The position numbers and the translations under genes are program-made. The notes beneath the pieces are model-generated. The model did not search any database, was not told the origin of the DNA, and saw only the letters and a list, made by a program, of their open reading frames with translations. From positions 110,297,068-110,361,067 of the forward strand of contig NC_058131.1 in assembly GCF_016433145.1 (NCBI RefSeq): a stretch of 64,000 nucleotides of DNA, written 5' to 3'. This document shows, piece by piece, positions 25,921-39,234 of this stretch (positions are counted from its first letter, which is position 1; each line of letters opens with the position of its first letter). Origin of the DNA: Gracilinanus agilis. Lineage: Eukaryota.

Positions 25921-26814
25921 TGATAATATGCATTTGTTGACCTTTTGATTTTTCCTGTGTGAATAATCAGTTAAATGTTTTTGAATGATTACAGGTCTCG
26001 AAAGGAAATTATACAATTTTCCAGGACAACTTAACATATAGAGATAGATGATAAATAGGTAGGTAGATAGATGCAGATATTTATAGATATAGATTCTATC
26101 TGAAAATGGAAAAATCTTTGTAATCCCTTTATCTGTATGGATTTTCTCTTCAACTAGGACTCTGTTCTGGACTCTTCCATGATCAGATTTTTACTTGAGG
26201 CCAGTGCAATAATTCAACTTCACATGGATTTGACAACAATGAACTTTGTTTCCACAAACCTAGCCCAATACTAAAAGACAGAAACTGGAAAACCACTTTT
26301 AGCTGTAGAATAAGAGAAAGAAAGGAGATGTTGGTGGTCATATGGTTGAGCCCTCTGCTTAAGAAAAGTATCAAAATCAAAGAACAATGTGAATTTTTGA
26401 TTATGCTCTAAATCTGCACCATTTTCCCAAGATAGCAAATCACCCAATCACTCTCATTCTTGATCAGAGAAGCATTAGTGTGAGTCATTACACTGTTTTG
26501 CACCAAACATTAGCTCCCGCATCAGTCTGGAGTTCTCACTTGTAACTAGACTGCATCAGAGCAATGCTTCTCTTTGTTTCATTAATGCTATTTGGTTATT
26601 GATAATAGCCCCAAATTATGAGTAGTGATGCTGGTAGCTCTGATAAGCCTAAGAAAAGTTCTCAAGTGCCTTTGTGTGGTCGTATAATACTTCTTAAATA
26701 ATGAGGTTCAGCATTATGCTGAATTTTCAATTTACAGGAAGGGTCTGGTAATGTCTTGGCTACATAAAATGAGGTCTTTACTGTAAAAGCTTGAATTTAT
26801 ATAGAACTTCAGGG

Positions 26815-27042
26815 TTTATGAAGAACTATACATGCCATCTCATTTGATTCTCACAACAGCCCTGGGTGGGAATTGCTAATAATATTACCATTTAAAGAAG
26901 AAGAAACTGAGGATTGAGGATGAAGGCAGTTAAGTGTCTTGACCAGGATTCATATAGCTAGTAAATATCTGAGATTGGATTTGAACTCAGGTCTTTCTGA
27001 CTCTAGGTCCAATGCTCTTAACCACTAGTCCACCTAACTGCC
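26815..27042 (-). mobile_element. MIR/MAR1-type SINE
   Basis: atctcatttgattctcacaacagccctg, gaaactgagg, tttgaactcagg, ccacctaactgcct. Confidence 0.8.
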
Positions 27043-27451
27043 TTAGAAGAGATGTCTCTCTGTTGGGGTTTAAATCTCTAGGGATAAACATTTTGTACCT
27101 TACTTTGGTATCTTATTTTATGACTTTTTAAATTCTAATGATAATTAATTCATATACTTATATGTTATTTAAAATATTTATCAAGTGTAAATTATGCATA
27201 TAGTATTTTATTAAGAGTTAAAGGAGACAAAGTATAGAATGTAGTTCCTTTCCTGTAGGAGTTCATAATCTAACTGGGTCATCTAGGTATACCAAGGTAA
27301 AGTAGAAATAATAATTTATGTTAGTGTATAATCATATACTAGGTTCAAATCTTGCCTCTGATACATATCACTTGTATTACTTTATGAAAATTCCTTAACC
27401 TCCTGTTTCTCCGTTTCCTCATCTGTAAAATAAGGACATTAGACCAGATGA

Positions 27452-27680
27452 GAGGCAGCTAGGTGGCATAATGGATTGAGTGCCAGGCTTGGAGTCAGGA
27501 AGATCTCAATTCAAATCCAGTCTTAGATACTTACTAGCTATGTGACCCCAGTTTGTCTCAGTTTTCTCATACATAAAATGATCTGGACAAGGGAACGGCA
27601 AGTCGCTCTAATATATTTGCCAAGAAAACCCTAAATGGGGTCACAAAGAGTCAGACACTTTCATAAAGACAGAACAACAA
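27452..27680 (+). mobile_element. MAR1 SINE (CORE head plus RTE-derived tail)
   Basis: gaggcagctaggtggc head and tttgccaagaaaaccctaaatggggtcacaaagagtcagacac..aacaacaa tail; sits inside a MIR. Confidence 0.85.
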
Positions 27681-27739
27681 AGTAGATGAACGAATGAGGT
27701 CCTTTCTAGTTCTAAATGTAGGATCCTAGGTTCCTATTT

Positions 27740-28650
27740 TAATTGGGGAGAAAAGTACAGGAATTGCTATAGGTAGAATGTGATAAATAAAAAGTTGTCC
27801 AGAAGTTGTGCAATGAAGTATTTGAAGGAGAACTATCACTTTCACTTGGGTGTGTAATGAGTCAGGAAGGCTTTAAGGAGGAGATGTTCTGTAGTGGAAA
27901 GATCACAGGACTTCCAACCTGATGACTTAAATTGAAATTCTTCATCTTCTACTTACTGCCAGTGTGACTTTGAGCAACTTACTCTCTTCAGCCTCAGTTT
28001 TTTCATGTATAAAATTGGGGAGTTGGAGTAGATTATATCTGTGGGCCATTCCACTTCAACCTCCTATGAGGAAGCACCTGATTTGGGCTTCAAAGCAAAG
28101 GGGGAACTTCAACAAATGGAAATGGTAGTGGAGGGAAGAATCCATTCTAGGCAATGGGTAGGCAAAGACTGGAGTTGAGAGGTCAGTAATCCAATTTGTC
28201 TGGAACATACAGTGTTTTTACACATTATTTATCTCCTTATACTCTGTGATCCAGCCTTGCTGGCTTACTTGCTGCTTTGCAAGCACTAGGTTCCATCTCC
28301 ATGCTTTGATTGTTCTGCATTCCTGGAATGCCTTCCCTCTTCACCTCTGCCTCTCCGAATACCTTATTTTCTTCAAGACTTACCTCAAGTGCTACTTTCA
28401 AAATAAGGTTTTCCTTATTTACCTCATGCCCACTTTTCTGGCTGCCAGTCTGCTTCCTCTCCAAACTATTGTGTATTAATTTTGTCTACATTATCTATGT
28501 CTGTGTGTATGTCTGCCCCTGTTGTACAATACCCCAATTAGAATGTAAGTTCCTCAAGACCAGGGACTATTCCATTTTTGTCTTCATATGACTAGACCTT
28601 AACATAATGCCTGGTACATAGTGCTTCATAAATGCTTATTGGTAGACCGA
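27740..28650. mobile_element. Opposing L2 fragments (minus ~27740-28235, plus ~28240-28650) with an embedded MIR3
   Basis: Purine-rich antisense L2, then cctggaatgccttccc, ttcaagacttacctcaagtgc, tggtacatagtgcttcataaatgctt. Confidence 0.65.
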
Positions 28651-29944
28651 CTCCTTTTATCAAGGAAAATGTCACACTGACACTTTTTTTCTATAAATTT
28701 CTAGCAAGTATATATTATAGCAGGGCTTTGCAGGACTCAGAGGCAATGGTTTTTCTATATATTGTCCCTGGCATTCAATATTCATAATTCTTCTCTGTGC
28801 CTCTCACTTCAAAACCTGAGTTACATATTCTTCTTCAAGAGTCCCTGGAAATTTTCACCAGGCAAATTTACTTACTCTCTTCCATAATGAGGCAAGCAAG
28901 GCAGTGGGATGGAGATGACTTATTGTATTACATAAAATTTAAATGTTGCTTTTTGGGATTTAAAAAGAAAATGTTCATTGTAGAGATGATGGGCTATAAG
29001 CCAAACTTTTATAAAACTTTGATAATGCTTGTAACCATTAAAATGAGCTATTTCAAAACAAAAGAGCCGCACTTAGCAGGGTAGAAATGGCTAGAATAAC
29101 TGAATGAAATACAATTTTTTTTAATCTGCTAGAAGAAAGGAAGCTGTAAAACTGGGGAAATATTATTTCATTTGAGTCAGTACAATGCTTAATAGAAGCA
29201 GGAGTTACTAGGAAACAATGAGAACTATTTTAAGAACAGTGTATCTGAAGGTAGAGAACTCACTGAATGATCTGTTGGCTTCAAAAATGATGGGCAAGAA
29301 GGTGAAGGCATTGCAACCAGAAGTGATAAGAAAAGGGAGTTGAGTCTAGTTTCATTCTTTTATGGGCAAAGCATGGGTTCCAAAGTGGCTTTTAGTCTGG
29401 TGATTAATAGTATCATGGGATATGGAACTGTCTTTTTGGATATTTTCAGGATTATAGAAACTCCAGGGCTAGCTGTAGAGACTTTGGAGACCATAGTCCA
29501 ATCTGAAGCTAAAAAAGCTCTTGTCAACATCCATCTCCAAAAGTGGTCATCCCGATCATCTCTGAAGATCTCTAATGAGGTAAATAGAGATAAAGAGAGG
29601 CAAAGAGATTTGATAGACAGACAGGAAAGACAGGCAAAGAGATTTGAGAGATAGGAAAATAGATATAGGTATAGATAAGAGCACTTGTCAAACACAAGTA
29701 CCAGATGCTATGCTAAGGACTAGGGATAAAAACACAAGCAAAATAGAAGAAAATCCCTCCTCTCAAAGAGATTACATTTGAATGGAGAAAAACAATACAA
29801 AACAGGAAGTTGAAAAGCAGTGAGAGCAAGAATAAATATTCCATGGAATAAGAGACTGAGCTGGATCAGAAGTCAACATAGCTGAATGGGAACTTAATCA
29901 AAATGGAAGTATTGGGGAAGAGGACAAAAGGATGGAGGTGTTAC

Positions 29945-29971
29945 CATAGTGAGAAGGCCACTGGGACTGAG

Positions 29972-30023
<52 letters not shown>

Positions 30024-30240
30024 ATGACTGTGCCAGATCTGGAGTCAGAAAGACCTGAAGTCAAATCCTACTTACTGAGTGACCCTGGGAATATAATTTT
30101 TACTTCTCTAAGACTCAATTTCTTTATCTGTAAAAGAGTAAAAATCATGATAGCACCTGACTTATAGGGTTATAATGAGGATCAAATGAGATTATTTGCA
30201 TTTTGCAAATCTTACAGTACTATATAAATGCCATTAATGA
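29945..30240 (+). mobile_element. MIR containing (TG)n(TA)20 microsatellite (29972-30020)
   Basis: ctggagtcagaaagacctg, ctcaatttctttatctgtaaaa, gaggatcaaatgagat. Confidence 0.7.
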
Positions 30241-30419
30241 TTGGTAACACCCCACTTCCTAAGGCAGCTTATTCTGCTTTTGTAGTATTTTAAATGAAAA
30301 TTTCCTTTGAGTTTAAGTCTGCCTCTCTTCCCCATATTTCTGCTTTTTGGAGTTAAACAGCTCAAGTCTAATTCTACTCCTAATTGCTCCTTCAAATAAT
30401 TGAAAATATTTCCTATTCC

Positions 30420-30625
30420 CCTTTCACTGTATCCCAGTCCTCACCTCTTATGTATTCTCTTTCCCTGGCTAAATATTTCCAGTTTCTTTAAACTGATAAG
30501 AATGAGGCATGATCTTGCATCCTTTCATCATCCTGTTTGCCCACCTCTGTATATTCTACATAAAACATGACTTTCAGAAAAAACACAGTAATTGAGACAT
30601 GTTCTGATCAGGATAGATTACAATA
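30420..30625 (-). mobile_element. CR1/L3 fragment
   Basis: ctggctaaatatttccagtttc, atcatcctgtttgcccacctctg, gttctgatcagg. Confidence 0.55.
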
Positions 30626-30907
30626 GAAGGCAATTAGGTGACTCAGTGGAAAGACCTAGAACCAGGAAGACATGAGTTTAAATTTAGCCTCAAACACTAG
30701 GTTTATGACTTTGGACAAGTGACTTAACTGATGTTTCCCTCAGTTTCCTCAAGTGATGCTTTTGTTCAAAAACTTCTATTGATTTTCTACTATCTTTGGG
30801 ACAAAATGTAAGCACCTTAGCCAGATAATCTAGGTTTTCTATAATCTTGATCTACCTTACCTTTAATCTTATCTTTTTGTACTGTGCAGTATGAAGTCAA
30901 CCCTCAA

Positions 30908-31093
30908 CAGAGGTTTTCTTAACCTTTTTTATGTTATAGATACATTTGAATATCTGGTGAAGGACTCCTCTTCAAAAGAATGCTTTTACTGTGTGAAATA
31001 AAATGCATAGGATAGCAAAGAAAACCAATTATGTGAAAACAGAAAAATAAGAATTTTTTTTAAAGTTCATGGTTCCTAGGTGAAGAACCCCTG
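30908..31093 (+). mobile_element. Charlie4-like hAT MITE inside L2
   Basis: Termini cagaggttttcttaacc / gaagaacccctg; body tctggtgaag..aaataaaatgcataggat..aaaccaattat. Confidence 0.7.
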
Positions 31094-31857
31094 CTTCAAT
31101 ATAGCTATGCCATTCTCATTTCCTCAGTGTTTATTCAAGTTTTTCTAATCTTTCGAAGTCTAGTTTAGGTGCTATCTACCTCCTGCAGAAAGCCTTTTCT
31201 GAAGTCATTTCTCTCAGGTGTTCATAATAAAGTCCTATAGAATTATGATCTGTACTACTCATTTGGTACTTAAACATAACTCATATTACTTTACTTACCT
31301 GCTAGATTTGTATACATTATCATGCCTTAACTAGATTTTTAAGTCCTAGAAAGGGAGTTGTACCATACATCTTTTACATAACCCACTGTGCCCTTCACTT
31401 ATTATGAGGACATGGTTAATATTGAACAAAAGTTGTTGACTGATAGAAAGAATAATGGATATGATTATTGACCTGGTAGCTCTATTTCTTATGAGAATAC
31501 CCTGCTTTAGGTATATGGTACTATATTCAGTTATTTCAAGGGGATGCCAGGAAGTTCCCAAACAAATTAATTTTAATTCTGTTTTGAAGAAATATATCAC
31601 ATTGTACATTAAGGAAGAAATGGGAAAAGAACATTATAAAATTAAATCAACAACAATAGAATGTCACAGCTTAGACTAGGTTGTACATTGGTGACTTGAG
31701 AAATTTTTATTCTAATAAGGGGAAACCAGGAAGTTAACATGTAGATTTCCACTGTCATACAAAAACTGGAAGGAAGGAATCTGGGAGAAAGATATTGTTA
31801 ACATGCTAGGAGGTGACAGAGAAGGTTAGGCTAATTAGGGAAAGTTGCTTGAGGAAA

Positions 31858-32075
31858 GGTAGCCTAGCTTAGTGGATAGAAAGCTAGCTTTGGAGTCAGA
31901 AAGACCAAAGTCTTGTTTTGCTTCTCATACATACTTGCTGAGGCAAAATCACTTAACTTCTTGGTGCTCTAAGACAAAGTTTCAGAGAAGGTTTTGACCT
32001 GCATTTGTAGGGGGTAGTTTCCTGAAATGATAGTTTTCCATGTCAATGAAATCAGAGGTTCATTTGTATCCCTAT
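31858..32075 (+). mobile_element. WALLSI4-like SINE
   Basis: agtggatagaaagctagctttggagtcag head; ggtgctcta..gacctgcatttgtaggggg..caatgaaatcagagg. Confidence 0.6.
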
Positions 32076-32304
32076 TTAAAGAAAAAGTGATGTAGTAAAA
32101 AAGAAAAGGGGAAAAAATTGGTCTAATTACATCAGAAACTTTTTTGTCTATGTAATAAGCAAGAAAAGTATGGACTGGGTGCAAGCAGTAAAAAAGTTGA
32201 CCTGGCCATAACAGAGGGCTTAGATTATGGGGGTAATTGCATATAGACAGGGTAAAATGAATAGAGATGTGTGAAATTAATACATTTTGACTTAGATAGT
32301 AAAA

Positions 32305-33290
32305 TGGTTGAGGCAGCTAGGTAGACTGCATAATTTTGGTCTTATGATCAGAAAGACCTGAGTTTATATCCCTTCTCATACATTTATTATCAATGTGTGA
32401 CACTGGGCAAGTCATTTAAGCTCTCTTATCCTCAGTTTCCTTATCTGTAAAAAAAAGGTAGCTCTTATCTCTGAAGCAGAGGGTAGGAATCAAATTTGAT
32501 AATTTATGTAAAAACATTTATATGTACTTGTTTTAATATACATATAAATGTGTACAAATGCTTTAAGGTAGGTCCTGTTTCAATTTTTTTTTGCTTTCTC
32601 AATAATTAGCAAAGTATTGGCACATAGTAGATGATTAATAAATGGTTGCTGATAAATCTATACATCCATAATTTCTTGCATTTTTTCCCTCTTCTCCACC
32701 CTCAATTGCTACCATTCCCTGTCAGGCTCTTATTACTTTCTACTTGGGTTCTTTCTCTTCTTTTCTTCACCAAGCTGTCAAAATAAGTGTCCTAGCATAC
32801 CTATAAGGACATTCCACTCTTCCTGTTTGCCTCTTGGATAAAAAACACACACTTAAATTTCTCCATGTTCTGGTTCCAACTTTCCTTTCTAGCTTTACTT
32901 TATCTTAATAATCTTCATGACCTGTATGGCTCAGGCAAACTAGAGAAATCTAACCTTTCTGGCTTCTGCTATATATTTATGTAGGTTGTTCTTCATACCC
33001 GGAAAGTTTTTGCTTTCTCGTCTCCTATCTATCCAAGTCTATTTTTCTACTGTCCTTCATTAAGCCATTCTCAACTGCCCCCTATACTTCCTCCACTAAA
33101 ATATTCTCTCCTCTCAAATTCTGAAATTTTGAAATTTACAATTTGAAAATATCTATGTCCCAAGTATCCCTCCTCCTCCTCCTGACAAAACTACAAGCTC
33201 AGTGAGGGTAGGGATTATATTACTTTTTCATCTTTGTCTCTCCAGGGCTCACCTAAATGCCTCGCACAATAGAGGTGCTTAATAAATGCT
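32305..33290 (+). mobile_element. MIR (32305-32545) and L2 3' fragments (~32680-33290)
   Basis: cctcagtttccttatctgtaaa; L2 tail gcacaatagaggtgcttaataaatgctt. Confidence 0.6.
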
Positions 33291-34559
33291 TATTATAATC
33301 AGATATTATTATCATTACCAACCAGGAAGTAGTGGCCAATGTTGCTTTTAAAAAAACAATAGTAAACTTGGCTTTTCTAGTACAAACTCAGAATATGCTA
33401 TATTTGATTCTGATGCAAAGGCTCTGCTGAGCTGCATAGAGACCAATTGGAATATATAGAAAAGAATCCAGAATGCTCTACCTGAAAACCAGGATTCTAA
33501 TTCAAATGAAATTTGCATTAACCTTTGTACTGTTGGGTAACACAAAGATCTAGCACAAGAGGTCTGTAGATAGACTAAACCATAAGATTATTTACCTATG
33601 AAAGCTGTTGAACTATTTATTTGATCCACACCATGTATTTTGGAAGCACTGAATAAAAAGCATAATAGACCCTAGGGTGTGTATGTATTCGAAAGAAAGG
33701 GACAGACTTGCATTCAAATGAATGGATTTTGTTTAATGTATGTTTTAGAATCATACTTGAAAAGTACTCTATGAAATTTCAATTTTATTTTGCTGGGTCA
33801 TTTTCACTTAGAACTTAGTAAAAGCTAAACCACCTAATGAATATTTAGTATACCTTAGACAGTTCTCCTTTTGGAAACCTGCATAAAATTGAAACATCAA
33901 AACAAGAAAAATATTATTTTTCAAATTCTTTTTGGTCTTTTTCCTTTGTGCCTCCCAAATAAAGACAGCCTAATAGCTGGAAGTACTAGTATAAAATGAA
34001 GAGGGTAATGACTAGAAAAAGATAGGTTATCAGGCTGTAATCAATTGTGAGCGCCAATGTAATCATACCACATAAGAGCTAAGCGCTATCTCTCCCTTTG
34101 CCCTTTCCTTGTAATAATGCACACAGAGATTTTTAAGTAATATAAGCTTGAAATAAAAACTGCTAAGTTCAATTATCTCAGCGATGAAGCATTAGAAAGG
34201 AAAAATAGATGTTTTTGAATAAGTGATAAGTGAAAATATGACAACAGTATGATATTACAGTGGCAAAATTAATTTACATCTGATGTGAGGGTAACTTTTC
34301 CAACACCAATTGTTAGTGATTTTTTTTGGGTTCAGTTTAGTGAATTATACATTTCACTGTAGCTGTCTAGTAAATTATGAAAAATGACAGTCATAATTTT
34401 TCAGATTCTGAGAGGTTATAGATTTTCCATCATTTAAACCATTCCCTCCATGTTTGTTATAAATTTACTATTTAATATCTGTAAAATATTTTGTAGTTTA
34501 AATCTGATGAAATTTTAATTTTACTAGCTGAGAAAATTAATTTCAAAATAATAATAAAC

Positions 34560-34830
34560 TACACTTATGTAGCACTTTAAGATTTACAAAAATATTATAT
34601 ATATATATCCATATATATATATAATATCCTTATAGCTTTAAAATACTCCTGGGAAAATAGATAATGTGGATGTTAAGATGCCCATTTTATAGATGAGGAT
34701 ACTGAGACTCAGAGACATTAAAAGACTTGACCACGGTCATACACTGAACAAGCTTCAGAGACATTTGAGCCCAGGTCTTCTAGACTCTGAGTCTAACAGT
34801 CTATAATACATCTATCATCTTAGTCTGCTT
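34560..34830 (-). mobile_element. MIR-family SINE
   Basis: atgtagcactttaagatttacaaaa, cccattttatagatgaggatactgag, tttgagcccaggtcttc. Confidence 0.75.
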
Positions 34831-34839
34831 CTTAATGTA

Positions 34840-34841
<2 letters not shown>

Positions 34842-34893
<52 letters not shown>

Positions 34894-34894
34894 C
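34842..34894. repeat. (TG)23 followed by short (CG)n
   Basis: Alternating purine-pyrimidine run. Confidence 0.95.
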
Positions 34895-36229
34895 ATCTAG
34901 AATTTGACCTAACAAACTGGAACCAAAAGAATAATTTTCCAAGTAGCAATATTAATTTTAGAGTTCTGCACAGTGCCTACATCTCATTAAGAGGAAGAAT
35001 CATAAGCACATATGGTAAATGGAACATAATACACATAGGTCATTTCCATTGTCAAGATTTCTTTCCATAGTTCTATAAGAGTGGGGATCCAGTCCAATCC
35101 ATTTAATCAAAGAAGGCTCCGATTTCTCAATTGTACCAATAATTCTATAAAACGTAAACGAGGTACAAATAAACCATTTTGAAAGAATAACAGGGACTTT
35201 GGCTCACTGGGTGAAAGCAGAAAATGCCAGTGGGAAATATCTCATGATTGGATGAGAGAATAAGATACTCATTTCGACTTTTGTATAATACTCTAAGCCA
35301 TTTTGGAAGTGCAAAGTCCAGCAATGGTATTACAGGTGGTCAAATTAAGCAGAGAAACTATTAAGGGGGAAATTGTCTTTGTTGAGGAAGGAACAGTTTT
35401 GTCTTCCCTACCTCACTCACCAGTGACCATGTGATGGATGGCCAAATGAGCTTTAAAAGTTTTTAATGGCTGAAGTTCCCATTGGCATCAGTGGCATTAT
35501 ATCAGGAACAGCAATAGGTAATGGTAATATCTGTATTGAGAGTTGACAGACACACAAAAGACAAACTAGACATACTGAGGATTCGCAGTCACTTTATAAG
35601 TGCCAATCACAGAGTCAAATAGAACTATATACATAGGGATAAATTCATGAGGGCTCTACAAAGGAAGAAGGTATCTATAACAAAAAGAGGAGGTATAAGT
35701 TTGACCTTTGACCACATATATAGTTCCTAAGTTTGAGCTTATATTCCTCAGGATCTTTATGTGTACATGGGGAAATGAGTCATCCTTCTAGTTAGGGGAG
35801 AGGTTTCTGTAACAACTACTTTGCTCTAACTGCTTAATAAGTGCCCTTTCTTAAAGTTAATTAATTCTGATAATCAATAGAAAGCACACTTGTGGGAGCT
35901 CTTGAGTGACAGTACGGAGAAACCTAATCCTTCAGTTACCCTGAAAATCTTAAAGTGAATAATAGACATCTGCCCTTTTGGGGATCCAGCCTACCAATGT
36001 GAGTTAGAGTTAGAGAGTTAGAGAAGTGTATCAGAAAGGGTGCTACAATCGCATTATATAATTTAATGGAAGCCAGGGAGGGAGAGATGAATTTGAGGAA
36101 AGATCATAGGATTAGTCCTGAAATGATCATTGGGAAAAAGCCTAATGCTTGAGACAGGGCCCTTTTCCCCACTCCCAAGGCAGAAATAGAGGCCAACTTT
36201 AGCATAAATTTCAAAATAAAGAACTAGAG

Positions 36230-39010
36230 TTGAAAAATGAGCAAAGAACAAAAAAAGAACCTGACCATAAAAGGTTACTATGTTGACAGGAAGATCAAAA
36301 TACAAACTCAGAAGAAAATAAAATCAAAACAAAAATAAGGAAAAGCTCAAAGAAAAAAATTGAATTGGATTCAAACAAAAGAAGAATTCTTAGAAGAATT
36401 AAAAATGATTTTTAAAATAAAATGAAAGTTGTAGAGGAAAAATAAGATACATAATTATAGCAAAGGAAGGAAATTATGAAAGACAATTAACAGCTTAAAA
36501 TACTGAAGAAAATAATACCTTAAAATTGACTAAATGGAAAAGGAATTAGAAAAGCTCACTGTAAAAAATAATTTTTTAAAAATTAGAATTGGGTAATGGG
36601 GAACCAATGACTCCACGAAATATCAAGAAACAGTGAAAAAAAGGTAAAAGAATATTTTTTTAAAAAGTGAAACATTTCATCAGAAAAAAAACTGACCTGG
36701 AAAAATGGTGGAGGGATAATCTAAGAATTATTGCACTATCTGAAAACCATGATCAAAAAAGATCCTCCTTATCATATTTCAAGAAATTATCAAGGCACAG
36801 CCAAAATAATACTTAGGGGACAGTTTATATCTTTAAATGCTTTATGATATTTAGAAAAGAACAAATTTTTAAATCCCAATTAAACACCAAAAAAGAAATC
36901 CTGAACATTTTTAAAGGAGAGATCAATAAAATTGGAAGTAAGAAAATAATTGAATTAATAAATAAGAGGAGGAATTGGTTTCATGAAAAAATCAATAAAA
37001 TAGATAAGCCATTGATTAATCTTATAAAACTACTAACATTAAAAATGAAAAGGGATAAGTTATAACCAAGGAAGAGGAAATTAAAACAATTATTAGGAAT
37101 TGTTTTGTACAATTATATACCAATAAATCTGATCATCTAAATGAAACACTTAAAGAAATATTAATTACTTGGATTAAAAGAAGAGGAAATAGAATGCTTA
37201 AACAATCTCGCCTTAGAAAAACAAACTAATCAAACCATCAATTAATTCCCTAGGAAAAAAGCCTCAGAGCCAAAAGGATTCACAAGTGAATTCTGCCAAT
37301 CATTTAAAGAATAATTAATTCCAAAATTATATAAGCTATCCAGAAAAATAGCTGAGGAAGGAATTCTATCAATTCCTTTTTTTTGACACAAATATGATGT
37401 TAATACTTAAACCAGGAAAACATTTTAAAAGGGAAAGAAAATTATAGACCAATATCCCTATAGAATATTGATACAAAATTTAAAAACTACTAGCAAGGGG
37501 ATTATAGCAATATATAGTAAGAATCATGCACTATTACCAAGTAGGTTTTATGCCAGCAATGCAGAGATGGTTCAATATTAGGAAAACTGCAACTTAACTT
37601 GACCATATCAATAGCAAAATCAACATAAACGATATATTTACTTCAATAGATACAGAAAAAGCTTTTGACAAAATATAACTACTATTCCTATTATAAACAC
37701 TAGAGAACATTGGGATAAATGGAGTATTCTTTATAATGACAAATAGCATCTAACTAAAATGATTAGCAAACATTATCTATAGTTAGGGTAAGCTAGAAGC
37801 CTTTCCAGTAAAATCAAGTGAAACAAAGATTCCCATCATTACTACTACTATTCAATATTGTACTAGAAATTCTAACTATAGTAATAAGAAGAGATTGAAG
37901 GAATTAGCTTAGGCAATAAGGAAATAAAACAATCAATCTTTGCAGATAATATGATGGTATGTCTAGAAAATCCTATAGAATCAACCAAAAAATTAAATGG
38001 ACAATTAACAACTTTAGCAATGTACACAGTAACAACAATAAAGTATAATGACCCACTGTGAATAACTTAACCATTATCAACAAGGCAAGGATCCAAGACA
38101 ATTCCAAGAGACTTGTGGCAGAAAACATGATATCCACTGCCACAGAAGAAACAAAATACAAATGCAAATGGAAACATAGCATTTTTATTTCCTTCATGAA
38201 TTTTTATCTAGTGTAAGCAATATGTGTTTTCTTTTACAACATGACAAACATGGAAATATGTATTATGTAATACACACATATATAACCAATATCATATTAT
38301 TTTGCACATTACATATTGAATTCTTGGGAAGGTGGTTGGGGGGAGGGAGAGAGAAAGTGTGAATTGCAAAATATCAGAAAATAAATATTAAAATTGTATA
38401 GAATTTTAATCTGGAAAAAATTATTATAATAAAAAAAATTAGTAGGGAAAATTGCCCTAAAAGCCTAGAAACAGAGAGAAAAATATAAATTGAAAGAACC
38501 CACCAATCACCACTTCAAAGAGATACCAAAATGAAAACTGTCAAAAATATAGCCAAATTCCAGAGCTCTCAGGTCAAAGAGAAAATATTTCCAATAGTCA
38601 GAAAGAAACTATTTAAATATTTTGGATCCATAATAAGGATCACACAAGATTGTGTAGCTACCATGTTAAAGGAATGGAAGGCTTGAAATATGATATTCTG
38701 GAAGGCAAAAGAACTGGAATTACACCTAAGAATAACCTACCCAGCAAAACTCAGTATCATCCTTCCTTGGGAAAAAATAAATATTTCATAAAATAGAGGG
38801 CTTTCAAGCACCCCTAATGAAAAGACCAGAGATGAAATGAAAATCTGACTTTTGAATACAAGATTCAAGAGTAACAGAAAAAAAGGCAAATGAAAGAGAA
38901 ATCATAAGGGAATTAATAAAGTTAAACTATTTACTTCTCTAAATAGAGAATGAACGTAACCTCTAAGAGATTTATCATTATTAGAGCAGTTAGAAGGATT
39001 CTACATAAAA
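36230..39010 (+). mobile_element. L1 ORF1 remnant (36230-36795 and 38440-39010) split by a second L1
   Basis: ORF1 start MSKEQKKNLTIKGYY at 36237; after the insert it resumes with ENCP, RITQD (~38636) and KAKELELHLRITYPAKLSI (38702-38758). Confidence 0.85.
36796..38438 (+). mobile_element. 5'-truncated, internally deleted L1 (ORF2 RT plus 3' end) nested in ORF1
   Basis: RT motif FADNMMVCLENP at 37939-37974, jump to 3' end near 38020, poly-A ~38430. Confidence 0.85.
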
Positions 39011-39234
39011 AGAGATCTTATCCAAATATCCAAGGACTGTACTACCCTAGAAAATGTGGAGAGCATAGCCATATCACTGATATCCTGAATTCACTGAAGT
39101 ATCATTAAATCCCCATTTAAGGAGGATGTTTTCTGATTGTATCAAGTTTCTGATTATTATAGTGCCTCCTAAATGAGATTCATAATCATTCAAATGTATT
39201 CAGCCTATTAGAAAGCAAATGGATAAGGAGAACA

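Noticed and set aside
36001-36023. TTAGAG x3, telomere-like
   Set aside because: Too short and not TTAGGG
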